Made by a program: the position numbers and the translations under genes
Source of the DNA: Balanoglossus misakiensis
Lineage: Eukaryota > Animalia > Hemichordata
Direction: 5' to 3'
Assembly: GCA_040954595.2 (NCBI GenBank)
Contig: CM082591.2
Span: 9,813,309 to 9,877,308, forward strand
Length of the DNA stretch: 64,000 bases
In this document: positions 12,201-24,400 of the stretch, piece by piece
Position numbering within the stretch: position 1 is the first letter of the stretch
How the letters are laid out: every line of letters starts with the position of its first letter
The notes under the pieces: generated by a model
What the model was told of the DNA's origin: nothing
Database searches by the model: none
What the model saw: the letters and a program-made list of their open reading frames with translations, nothing else

Positions 12201-13281
12201 ACGACACTGGCCACTAGCTCTGGCCTGGTTAAGCAATGCTGACGCAAAGGTTGACCCCACCAAACACTCAAGATTAATGGGCACGACACTGGCCACTAGC
12301 TCTGGCCTGGTTAATCAATGCTGACGCAAAGGTTGACCCCACCAAACACTCAAAATTAATGGGCACGACACTGGCCTCTAGCTCTGCCCTGGTTAATCAA
12401 TGCTGACGCAAAGGTTGACCCCACCAAACACTCAAAATTAATGGGCACGACACTGGCCACTAGCTCTGGCCTTGTTAATCAATGCTGACGCAAAGGTTGA
12501 CCCCACCAAACACTCAAAATTAATGGGCACGACACTGGCCACTAGCTCTGCATGGCCTGGTTAATCAATGCTGACGCAAAGGTTGACCCCACCAAACACT
12601 CAAAATTAATGGGCACGACACTGGCCACTAGCTCTGCATGGCCTGGTTAATCAATGCTGACGCAAAGGTTGACCCCACCAAACACTCAAAATTAATGGGC
12701 ACGACACTGGCCACTAGCTCTGGCCTGGTTAATCAATGCTGACGCAAAGGTTGACCCCACCAAACACTCAAAATTAATGGGCACGACACTGGCCACTAGC
12801 TCTGCATGGCCTGGTTAATCAATGCTGACGCAAAGGTTGACCCCACCAAACACTCAAAATTAATGGGCACAACACTGGCCACTAGCTCTGCATGGCCTGG
12901 TTAATCAATGTTGACGCAAAGGTTGACCCCACCAAACACTCAAAATTGATGGGCACGACACTGGCCACTAGCTCTGGCCTGGCTAATCAATGTTGACGCA
13001 AAGGTTGACCCCACCAAACACTCAAAATTGATGGGCACGACACTGGCCACTAGCTCTGCATGGCCTGGTTAATCAATGTTGATGCAAAGGTTGACCCCAC
13101 CAAACACTCAAAATTGATGGGCACGACACTGGCCACTAGCTCTGCATGGCCTGGTTAATCAATGTTGACGCAAAGGTTGACCCCACCAAACACTCAAAAT
13201 TGATGGGCACGACACTGGCCTCTAGCTCTGCATGGCCTGGTTAATCAATGTTGACGCAAAGGTTGACCCCACCAAACACTC
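9232..13281. repeat. 82/86-bp satellite array, about 48 monomers
   Basis: Monomer ccaaacactcaaaattaatgggcacgacactggccactagctct(gcat)ggcctggttaatcaatg(c/t)tgacgcaaaggttgacccca. The first monomers (9232-9400) are degenerate and the array ends abruptly at 13281. Confidence 0.97.
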
Positions 13282-14904
13282 TTTGGCTGTATTTCAATTT
13301 GTTCGTGGTAAATTAATTTTGTGGAGGTGACCGGCACTGAAGCTCTTAGCTAGGATGAGGTGGGATGGAAAAATGCCCCATTTTAGCTGTTTTAAAATAT
13401 ACGACTATTTATAGACAAAAGGAAAATAAAACAAGCGCAAAAACATACCAAACTAGTTTTATTAATTAAAAATAAAAATTGCTGAGTAAAGGTTTTCATG
13501 TGGGCATTCACTTTGAACTTGCTAAATTACTTTAAAGAGACAAAGTCGCTCTCTCTTTGACCTTTTGCGATGATGGAATGCTTGCTTGAAGTCTCTCGTG
13601 CAATAAATGATGTCGATTCATACATGTATGGATGGTGTATAGGTGGTCGGAATTTACATGTCTTTGCCACGACCAAACCAACAACACGTAAAATCAAAGT
13701 TTGGGTCATGAAATCGAGTTTTGTTACAGTCTAGAATTTCATGCCACCCCTTATGGTCATATTATTCTTGGTTGGCAAAATTGACAAGTAGTCAAGTTTC
13801 AACACAGGCAACATTTTTTACAAACAAACCACACAGAAGACATCAAAAGGGAGAGAATTATAGAATGGTCAATGTGTGAAAAGTTAAGATACGTAAAGTG
13901 GCCGGGTTCAACATTAACTCATCGACTTCATATCGTCTTCATGCCATGGTTTTTGCCTGCCCTGAAAGTTCCTGTCGTTGCAGAAGTGGTTTTGACAGAA
14001 AGAATTTAGTCTTCCGGGATGTTTGTGATTATTTGAACACCAGACAATACAATGCAACCTTGACTTCCAAAATACTTACCGGCATTGCATTATCTTACCA
14101 TGGTTAGGCCTACAGTGAACAAATTTTCAACAATATTTTCTGAGTTACCGCTGATATTTGTTTTGTAGTATGGATATTAAATTATACATCCCGATACAAA
14201 ACAGAATGTTATAGAATCCTTCCTGAGTGATATTGAAAAAATTACCGGAATGCTACCGCCTAATCTATGGTTAGGGTTATTGCTATTATTTTATATCAGT
14301 AATCGACTTTGTGTATATCAATGTCATTTTCATAACGAAAATGAACTCGAGTCTAATGTAAACGTTACGAATTGATCGAAAGGCGCTCTGATGAATGTTA
14401 ACACGAGTGCGCAGTGACAAGACATGCATCGTGCATGACAGTGACAACAGTTCCTATAGAGCAGTTAAAAAATAAACCGGCCGTCCGTAAATTTATCAGC
14501 TATATTTTTTTTTATTTAGTCACGTTTTCCCTGTTGCATGCTATTAGTTCAGGGGCCAGTTTTAGCAGTGCTCTATTGAGTACTTTCGTATCGATGGATT
14601 GATCTCTCGTCCAATCAGAATGGCGGATGGTAGCATGATCCGACATATTGCGTATTACAATAGGGCTTCCTCATACAGGTCAGAACGGAGAGGTCATTCC
14701 TTTTATTTTAGGACGTCTCAGCTCCTTTGTCTTTTCTGTTATAGTGTTAAAGAAATCAAACGGTTTTGTTTTGGCCGGTAAACACCGATGGATTAACTCT
14801 TAAGTCCATCGTGCACCCAAACGCAGTCGAGTCGGTTTGGTCATTGTTTATGCGACAGTAAATGCCAAATGTGACAGAAGCATCATATTAAATGAGATAG
14901 AATA

Positions 14905-14958
14905 CACAAACAAACAAACATACGAATAAACAAACAGGTAAACAAACAAACAAACAAC
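14905..14958. repeat. (CAAA)n microsatellite within each 2.5-kb unit (copy 1 coordinates)
   Basis: Interrupted acaaacaaac run next to the Harbinger MITE. Its length varies: shorter in copies 8 and 12, longer in copy 9. Confidence 0.9.
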
Positions 14959-14963
14959 CATTA

Positions 14964-15213
14964 GGGACTGTTCAGAATTTACTTCCAAGTTGGGGATGGA
15001 GGATTTTTTACTTTCCTGGTGATTTTTTTCCATGGTCTCCCCTAGTAAATTGTGGAGGAAATATGTGGTCCCTCCTTAAATTTCCTGGGGATTTTCCATG
15101 GTCCCCCTATTGTGACTTTTATGTCTAGTCTCCCCTAATTTGTCTTGGAGAAAATGGGTGGTCTCCCCCTCTGAAAATTCTCCGCCCCCTGGAAGTAAAT
15201 TCTGAACAGTCCC
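14964..15213. mobile_element. 250-bp PIF/Harbinger-type MITE in every 2.5-kb unit (copy 1 coordinates)
   Basis: Perfect 24-bp TIRs gggactgttcagaatttacttcca / tggaagtaaattctgaacagtccc, flanked by TTA on both sides (14961-14963, 15214-15216). A TWA TSD with GGG ends is characteristic of PIF/Harbinger. There are internal repeated ttttccatggtc(t)cccct motifs. Confidence 0.85.
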
Positions 15214-15317
15214 TTATTAAAGCCAACAGCTAGCACCATGGCTTCTCTGCCAGAGGAGCGATAACATCGACAAAATGCAGATACACAAGAAATGAGCACT
15301 TTATTCCACAAGTGAAG

Positions 15318-15405
15318 TAGTCTGTTCCCTGCCCCATTCCCACCGCTGGCTGCGCCCTTTAGCGTAGCGCCGATGGCAGTGGGAATGGGGCAGGGGACCA
15401 GACTA
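15318..15405. mobile_element. 88-bp hairpin MITE with TAG..CTA termini and 9-bp TSD (AcademH-like) in every 2.5-kb unit (copy 1 coordinates)
   Basis: Arms tagtctgttccctgccccattcccaccgc / gcagtgggaatggggcaggggaccagacta form a ~30-bp imperfect inverted repeat. They are flanked by the exact direct repeat caagtgaag (15309-15317, 15406-15414). Confidence 0.75.
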
Positions 15406-18400
15406 CAAGTGAAGAACCCCAGTAACAGACGTAACGAACAAACAAACTACATGTACTAACAACAAAGCAAGAAAAGTGTCAAGCGTCGTCAAAGAAAACG
15501 AAAAAGTTCTAGCATGGTTGGTAAAAGTTATTGGTAGAAAACGAATAGGGCCTTCTACAAATGACGTCTCAGACCCGCAAACGCCACCAGAACACAAAAC
15601 ACATGCACAGAACAGTTTAAGCCGGTTGTTGTATGGAGCAGCAATAATCTGCGGTTGGGCCGTCGTAGATTTTCGCTGGTGGTGAAAATAAATAAAACAC
15701 GATCGATGTTCGATTTATTCCAGATCACATGCGTTTACGGCCAGGAGAGAGCATAAAAGTCTTCAAATAACCATGTGGTGGCGCACTTTTTCCGATTGGC
15801 TGTATTTCAATTTGTTCGTGGTAAAATAATTTTGTGGAGGTGACCGGCACTGAAGCTCTTAGCTAGGATGAGGTGGGATGGAAAAATGCCCCATTTTAGC
15901 TGTTTTAAAATATACGACTATTTATAGACAAAAGGAAAATAAAACAAGCGCAAAAACATACCAAACCTAGTTTTATTAATTAAAAACAAAATTGCTGAGT
16001 AAAGGTTTTCATGTGGGCATTCACTTTGAACTTGCTAAATTAATTAAAAGAGACAAAGTCGCTCTCTCTTTGTCCTTTTGCGATGATATAATGCTTGCTT
16101 GAAGTCTCTCGTGCAATAAATGATGTCGATTCATACATGTATGGATGGTGTATAGGTGGTCGGAATTTACATGTCTTTGCCACGACCAAACCAACAACAC
16201 GTAAAATCAAAGTTTGGGTCATTAAATCGAGTTTTGTTACAGTCTAGAATTTCATGCCACCCCTTATGGTCATATTATTCTTGGTAGGCAAAAGTGACAA
16301 GTAGTCAAGTTATAACACAGGCAACATTTTTTACAAACAAACCACACAGAAGACATCAAAAGGGAGAGAATTATAGAATGGTCAATGTGTGAAAAGTTAA
16401 GATACGTAAAGTGGCCGGGTTCAACATTAACTCATCGACTTCATATCGTCTTCATGCCATGGTTTTTGCCTGCCCTGAAAGTTCCTGTCGTTGCAGAAGT
16501 GGTTTTGACAGAAAGAATTTAGTCTTCCGGGATGTTTGTGATTATTTGAACACCAGACAATACAATGCAACCTTGACTTCCAAAATACTTACCGGCATTG
16601 CATTATCTTACCATGGTTAGGCCTACAGTGAACAAATTTTCAACAATATTTTCTGAGTTACCGCTGATATTTGTTTTGTAGTATGGATATTAAATTATAC
16701 ATCCCGATACAAAACAGAATGTTATAGAATCCTTCCTGAGTGATATTGAAAAAATTACCGGAATGCTACCGCCTAATCTATGGTTAGGGTTATTGCTATT
16801 ATTTTATATCAGTAATCGACTTTGTGTATATCAATGTCATTTTCATAACGAAAATGAACTCGAGTCTAATGTAAACGTTACGAATTGATCGAAAGGCGCT
16901 CTGATGAATGTTAACACGAGTGCGCAGTGACAAGACATGCATCGTGCATGACAGTGACAACAGTTCCTATAGAGCAGTTAAAAAATAAACCGGCCGTCCG
17001 TAAATTTATCAGCTATATTTTTTTTATTTAGTCACGTTTTCCCTGTTGCATGCTATTAGTTCAGGGGCCAGTTTTAGCAGTGCTCTATTGAGTACTTTCG
17101 TATCGATGGATTGATCTCTCGTCCAATCAGAATGGCGGATGGTAGCATGATCCGACATATTGCGTATTACAATAGGGCTTCCTCATACAGGTCAGAACGG
17201 AGAGGTCATTCCTTTTATTTTAGGACGTCTCAGCTCCTTTGTCTTTTCTGTTATAGTGTTAAAGAAATCAAACGGTTTTGTTTTGGCCGGTAAACACCGA
17301 TGGATTAACTCTTAAGTCCATCGTGCATCCAAACGCAGTCGAGTCGGTTTGGTCATTGTTTATGCGACAGTAAATGCCAAATGTGACAGAAGCATCATAT
17401 TAAATGAGATAGAATACACAAACAAACAAACATACGAATAAACAAACAGGCAAACAAACAAACAAACAACCATTAGGGACTGTTCAGAATTTACTTCCAA
17501 GTTGGGGATGGAGGATTTTTTTATTTTCCTGGTGATTTTTTTCCATGGTCTCCCCTAGTAAATTGTGGAGGAAATATGTGGTCCCTCCTTAAATTTCCTG
17601 GGGATTTTCCATGGTCCCCCTATTGTGACTTTTATGTCTAGTCTCCCCTAATTTGTCTTGGAGAAAATGGGTGGTCTCCCCCTCTGAAAATTCTCCGCCC
17701 CCTGGAAGTAAATTCTGAACAGTCCCTTATTAAAGCCAACAGCTAGCACCCTGGCTTCTCTGCCAGAGGAGCGATAACATCGACAAAATGCAGATACACA
17801 AGAAATGAGCACTTTATTCCACAAGTGAAGTAGTCTGTTCCCTGCCCCATTCCCACCGCTGGCTGCGCCCTTTAGCGTAGCGCCGATGGCAGTGGGAATG
17901 GGGCAGGGGACCAGACTACAAGTGAAGAACCCCAGTAACAGACGTAACGAACAAACAAACTACATGTACTAACAACAAAGCAAGAAAAGTGTCAAGCGTC
18001 GTCAAAGAAAACGAAAAAGTTCTAGCATGGTTGGTAAAAGTTATTGGTAGAAAACGAATAGGGCCTTCTACAAATGACGTCTCAGACCCGCAAACGCCAC
18101 CAGAACACAAAACACATGCACAGAACAGTTTAAGCCGGTTGTTGTATGGAGCAGCAATAATCTGCGGTTGGGCCGTCGTAGATTTTCGCTGGTGGTGAAA
18201 ATAAATAAAACACGATCGATGTTCGATTTATTCCAGATCACATGCGTTTACGGCCAGGAGAGAGCATAAAAGTCTTCAAATAACCATGTGGTAGCGCATA
18301 TTTTCCGATTGGCTGTATTTCAATTTGTTCGTGGTAAATTAATTTTGTGGAGGTGACCGGCACTGAAGCTCTTAGCTAGGATGAGGTGGGATGGAAAAAT

Positions 18401-21400
18401 GCCCCATTTTAGCTGTTTTAAAATATACGACTATTTATAGACAAAAGGAAAATAAAACAAGCGCAAAAACATACCAAACCTAGTTTTATTAATTAAAAAC
18501 AAAATTGCTGAGTAAAGGTTTTCATGTGGGCATTCACTTTGAACTTGCTAAATTAATTAAAAGAGACAAAGTCGCTCTCTCTTTGTCCTTTTGCGATGAT
18601 AGAATGCTTGCTTGAAGTCTCTCGTGCAATAAATGATGTCGATTCATACATGTATGGATGGTGTATAGGTGGTCGGAATTTACATGTCTTTGCCACGACC
18701 AAACCAACAACACGTAAAATCAAGTTTGGGTCATTAAATCGAGTTTTGTTACAGTCTAGAATTTCATGCCACCCCTTATGGTCATATTATTCTTGGTAGG
18801 CAAAAGTGACAAGTAGTCAAGTTTCAACACAGGCAACATTTTTTACAAACAAACCACAAAGAAGACATCAAAAGGGAGAGAATTATAGAATGGTCAATGT
18901 GTGAAAAGTTAAGATACGTAAAGTGGCCGGGTTCAACATTAACTCATCGACTTCATATCGTCTTCATGCCATGGTTTTTGCCTTCCCTGAAAGTTCTTGT
19001 CGTTGCAGAAGTGGTTTTGACAGAAAGAATTTAGTCTTCCGGGATGTTTGTGATTATTTGAACACCAGACAATACAATGCAACCTTGACTTCCATAATAC
19101 TTACCGGCATTGCATTATCTTACCATGGTTAGGCCTACAGTGAACAAATTTTCAACAATTTTTTCTGAGTTACCGCTGATATTTGTTTTGTAGTATGGAT
19201 ATTAAATTATACATCCCGATACAAAGCAGAATGTTATAGAATCCTTCCTGAGTGATATTGAAAAAATTACCGGAATGCTACCGCCTAATCTATGGTTAGG
19301 GTTATTGCTATTATTTTATATCAGTAATCGACTTTGTGTATATCAATGTCATTTTCATAACGAAAATGAACTCGAGTCTAATGTAAACGTTACGAATTGA
19401 TCGAAAGGCGCTCTGATGAATGTTAACACGAGTGCGCAGTGACAAGACATGCATCGTGCATGACAGTGACAACAGTTCCTATAGAGCAGTTAAAAAATAA
19501 ACCGGCCGTCCGTAAATTTATCAGCTATATTTTTTTTTATTTAGTCACGTTTTCCCTGTTGCATGCTATTAGTTCAGGGGCCAGTTTTAGCAGTGCTCTA
19601 TTGAGTACTTTCGTATCGATGGATTGATCTCTCGTCCAATCAGAATGGCGGATGGTAGCATGATCCGACATATTGCGTATTACAATAGGGCTTCCTCATA
19701 CAGGTCAGAACGGAGAGGTCATTCCTTTTATTTTAGGACGTCTCAGCTCCTTTGTCTTTTCTGTTATAGTGTTAAATAAATCAAACGGTTTTGTTTTGGC
19801 CGGTAAACACCGATGGATTAACTCTTAAGTCCATCGTGCATCCAAACGCAGTCGAGTCGGTTTGGTCATTGTTTATGCGACAGTAAATGCCAAATGTGAC
19901 AGAAGCATCATATTAAATGAGATAGAATACACAAACAAACAAACATACGAATAAACAAACAGGCAAACAAACAAACAAACAACCATTAGGGACTGTTCAG
20001 AATTTACTTCCAAGTTTGGGATGGAGGATTTTTTATTTTCCTGGTGATTTTTTTCCATGGTCTCCCCTAGTAAATTGTGGAGGAAATATGTGGTCCCTCC
20101 TTAAATTTCCTGGGGATTTTCCATGGTCCCCCTATTGTGACTTTTATGTCTAGTCTCCCCTAATTTGTCTTGGAGAAAATGGGTGGTCTCCCCCTCTGAA
20201 AATTCTCCGCCCCCTGGAAGTAAATTCTGAACAGTCCCTTATTAAAGCCAACAGCTAGCACCCTGGCTTCTCTGCCAGAGGAGCGATAACATCGACAAAA
20301 TGCAGATACACAAGAAATGAGCACTTTATTCCACAAGTGAAGTAGTCTGTTCCCTGCCCCATTCCCACCGCTGGCTGCGCCCTTTAGCGTAGCGCCGATG
20401 GCAGTGGGAATGGGGCAGGGGACCAGACTACAAGTGAAGAACCCCAGTAACAGACGTAACGAACAAACAAACTACATGTACTAACAACAAAGCAAGAAAT
20501 GTGTCAAGCGTCGTCAAAGAAAACGAAAAAGTTCTAGCATGGTTGGTAAAAGTTATTGGTAGAAAACGAATAGGGCCTTCTACAAATGACGTCTCAGACC
20601 CGCAAACGCCACCAGAACACAAAACACATGCACAGAACAGTTTAAGCCGGTTGTTGTATGGAGCAGCAATAATCTGCGGTTGGGCCGTCGTAGATTTTCG
20701 CTGGTGGTGAAAATAAATAAAACACGATCGATGTTCGATTTATTCCAGATCACATGCGTTTACGGCCAGGAGAGAGCATAAAAGTCTTCAAATAACCATG
20801 TGGTGGCGCACTTTTTCCGATTGGCTGTATTTCAATTTGTTCGTGGTAAATTAATTTTGTGGAGGTGACCGGCACTGAAGCTCTTAGCTAGGATGAGGTG
20901 GGATGGAAAAATGCCCCATTTTAGCTGTTTTAAAATATACGACTATTTATAGACAAAAGGAAAATAAAACAAGCGCAAAAACTTACCAAACCTAGTTTTA
21001 TTAATTAAAAACAAAATTGCTGAGTAAAGGTTTTCATGTGGACATTCACTTCGAACTTGCTAAATTAATTAAAAGAGACAAAGTCGTTCTCTCTTTGTCC
21101 TTTTGCGATGATAGAATGCTTGCTTGAAGTCTCTCGTGCAATAAATGATGTCGATTCATACATGTATGGATGGTGTATAGGTGGTCGGAATTTACATGTC
21201 TTTGCCACGACCAAACCAACAACATGTAAAATCAAAGTTTGGGTCATTAAATCGAGTTTTGTTACAGTCTAGAATTTCATGCCACCCCTTATGGTCATAT
21301 TATTCTTGGTAGGCAAAAGTGACAAGTAGTCAAGTTTCAACACAGGCAACATTTTTTACAAACAAACCACAAAGAAGACATCAAAAGGGAGAGAATGATA

Positions 21401-24400
21401 GAATGGTCAATGTGTGAAAAGTTAAGATACGTAAAGTGGCCGGGTTCAACATTAACTCATCGACTTCATATCGTCTTCATGCCATGGTTTTTGCCTGCCC
21501 TGAAAGTTCTTGTCGTTGCAGAAATGGTTTTGACAGAAAGAATTTAGTCTTCCGGGATGTTTGTGATTATTTGAACACCAGACAATACAATGCAACCTTG
21601 ACTTCCAAAATACTTACCGGCATTGCATTATCTTACCATGGTTAGGCCTACAGTGAACAAATTTTCAACAATATTTTCTGAGTTACCGCTGATATTTGTT
21701 TTGTAGTATGGATATTAAATTATACATCCCGATACAAAACAGAATGTTATAGAATCCTTCCTGAGTGATATTGAAAAAATTACCGGAATGCTACCGCCTA
21801 ATCTATGGTTAGGGTTATTGCTATTATTTTATATCAGTAATCGACTTTGTGTATATCAATGTCATTTTCATAACGAAAATGAACTCGAGTCTAATGTAAA
21901 CGTTACGAATTGATCGAAAGGCGCCCTGATGAATGTTAACACGAGTGCGCAGTGACAAGACATGCATCGTGCGTGACAGTGACAACAGTTCCTATAGAGC
22001 AGTTAAAAAATAAACCGGCCGTCCGTCAATTTATCAGCTATATTTTTTTTTATTTAGTCACGTTTTCCCTGTTGCATGCTATTAGTTCAGGGGCCAGTTT
22101 TAGCAGTGCTCTATTGAGTACTTTCGTATCGATGGATTGATCTCTCGTCCAATCAGAATGGCGGATGGTAGCATGATCCGACATATTGCGGATTACAATA
22201 GGGCTTCCTCATACAGGTCAGAACGGAGAGGTCATTCCTTTTATTTTAGGACGTCTCAGCTCCTTTGTCTTTTCTGTTATAGTGTTAAATAAATCAAACG
22301 GTTTTGTTTTGGCCGGTAAACACCGATGGATTAACTCTTAAGTCCATCGTGCATCCAAACGCAGTCGAGTCGGTTTGGTCATTGTTTATGCGACAGTAAA
22401 TGCCAAATGTGACAGAAGCATCATATTAAATGAGATAGAATACACAAACAAACAAACATACGAATAAACAAACAGGCAAACAAACAAACAAACAACCATT
22501 AGGGACTGTTCAGAATTTACTTCCAAGTTGGGGATGGAGGATTTTTTATTTTCCTGGTGATTTTTTTCCATGGTCTCCCCTAGTAAATTGTGGAGGAAAT
22601 ATGTGGTCCCTCCTTAAATTTCCTGGGGATTTTCCATGGTCCCCCTATTGTGACTTTTATGTCTAGTCTCCCCTAATTTGTCTTGGAGAAAATGGGTGGT
22701 CTCCCCCTCTGAAAATTCTCCGCCCCCTGGAAGTAAATTCTGAACAGTCCCTTATTAAAGCCAACAGCTAGCACCCTGGCTTCTCTGCCAGAGGAGCGAT
22801 AACATCGACAAAATGCAGATACACAGGAAATGAGCACTTTATTCCACAAGTGAAGTAGCCTGTTCCCTGCCCCATTCCCACCGCTGGCTGCGCCCTTTAG
22901 CGTAGCGCCGATGGCAGTGGGAATGGGGCAGGGGACCAGACTACAAGTGAAGAACCCCAGTAACAGACGTAACGAACAAACAAACTACATGTACTAACAA
23001 CAAAGCAAGAAATGTGTCAAGCGTCGTCAAAGAAAACGAAAAAGTTCTAGCATGGTTGGTAAAAGTTATTGGTAGAAAACGAATAGGGCCTTCTACAAAT
23101 GACGTCTCAGACCCGCAAACGCCACCAGAACACAAAACACATGCACAGAACAGTTTAAGCCGGTTGTTGTATGGAGCAGCAATAATCTGCGGTTGGGCCG
23201 TCGTAGATTTTCGCTGGTGGTGAAAATAAATAAAACACGATCGATGTTCGATTTATTCCAGATCACATGCGTTTACGGCCAGGAGAGAGCATAAAAGTCT
23301 TCAAATAACCATGTGGTGGCGCACTTTTTCCGATTGGCTGTATTTCAATTTGTTCGTGGTAAATTAATTTTGTGGAGGTGACCGGCACTGAAGCTCTTAG
23401 CTAGGATGAGGTGGGATGGAAAAATGCCCCATTTTAGCTGTTTTAAAATATACGACTATTTATAGACAAAAGGGAAATAAAACAAGCGCAAAAACATACC
23501 AAACCTAGTTTTATTAATTAAAAACAAAATTGCTGAGTAAAGGTTTTCATGTGGGCATTCACTTTGAACTTGCTAAATTAATTTAAAGAGACAAAGTCGC
23601 TCTCTCTTTGTCCTTTTGCGATGATAGAATGCTTGCTTGAAGTCTCTCGTGCAATAAATGATGTCGATTCATACATGTATGGATGGTGTATAGGTGGTCG
23701 GAATTTACATGTCTTTGCCACGACCAAACCAACAACACGTAAAATCAAAGTTTGGGTCATGAAATCGAGTTTTGTTACAGTCTAGAATTTCATGCCACCC
23801 CTTATGGTCATATTATTCTTGGTAGGCAAAAGTGACAAGTAGTCAAGTTTCAACACAGGCAACATTTTTTACAAACAAACCACAAAGAAGACATCAAAAG
23901 GGAGAGAATTATAGAATGGTCAATGTGTGAAAAGTTAAGATACGTAAAGTGGCCGGGTTCAACATTAACTCATCGACTTCATATCGTCTTCATGCCATGG
24001 TTTTTGCCTGCCCTGAAAGTTCTTGACGTTGCAGAAGTGGTTTTGACAGAAAGAATTTAGTCTTCCGGGATGTTTGTGATTATTTGAACACCAGACAATA
24101 CAATGCAACCTTGACTTCCAAAATACTTACCGGCATTGCATTATCTTACCATGGTTAGGCCTACAGTGAACAAATTTTCAACAATATTTTCTGAGTTACC
24201 GCTGATATTTGTTTTGTAGTATGGATATTAAATTATACATCCCGATACAAAACAGAATGTTATAGAATCCTTCCTGAGTGATATTGAAAAAATTACCGGA
24301 ATGCTACCGCCTAATCTATGGTTAGGGTTATTGCTATTATTTTATATCAGTAATCGACTTTGTGTATATCAATGTCATTTTCATAACGAAAATGAACTCG

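Noticed and set aside
6823-13281. 50-bp and 82-bp repeats as CRISPR arrays
   Set aside because: The monomers are contiguous with no unique spacers, there are no cas genes, and the context is eukaryotic.
14073-14110. ATACTTACC resembling the U1 snRNA 5' end
   Set aside because: The downstream sequence lacks the U1 stem-loops and a correctly placed Sm site. It reads equally well as a minus-strand CCG|GTAAGT donor-like motif or chance.
14268-14280. ggttagggtta as a telomeric repeat
   Set aside because: Only a single TTAGGG per unit, which is expected by chance.
14376-14420. CTGATGA as a hammerhead ribozyme core or snoRNA C box, and TGCGCAGTG as a U4 fragment
   Set aside because: There is no GAAA after stem II and no matching stems, no D box with a terminal stem nearby, and the U4 similarity is only 9 nt.
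15510-15720. A-box-like tagcatggttggta and B-box-like gttcgattt as a tRNA or 5S gene
   Set aside because: They are about 200 bp apart with no cloverleaf, and no 5S internal control region or 5S-like sequence is present on either strand.
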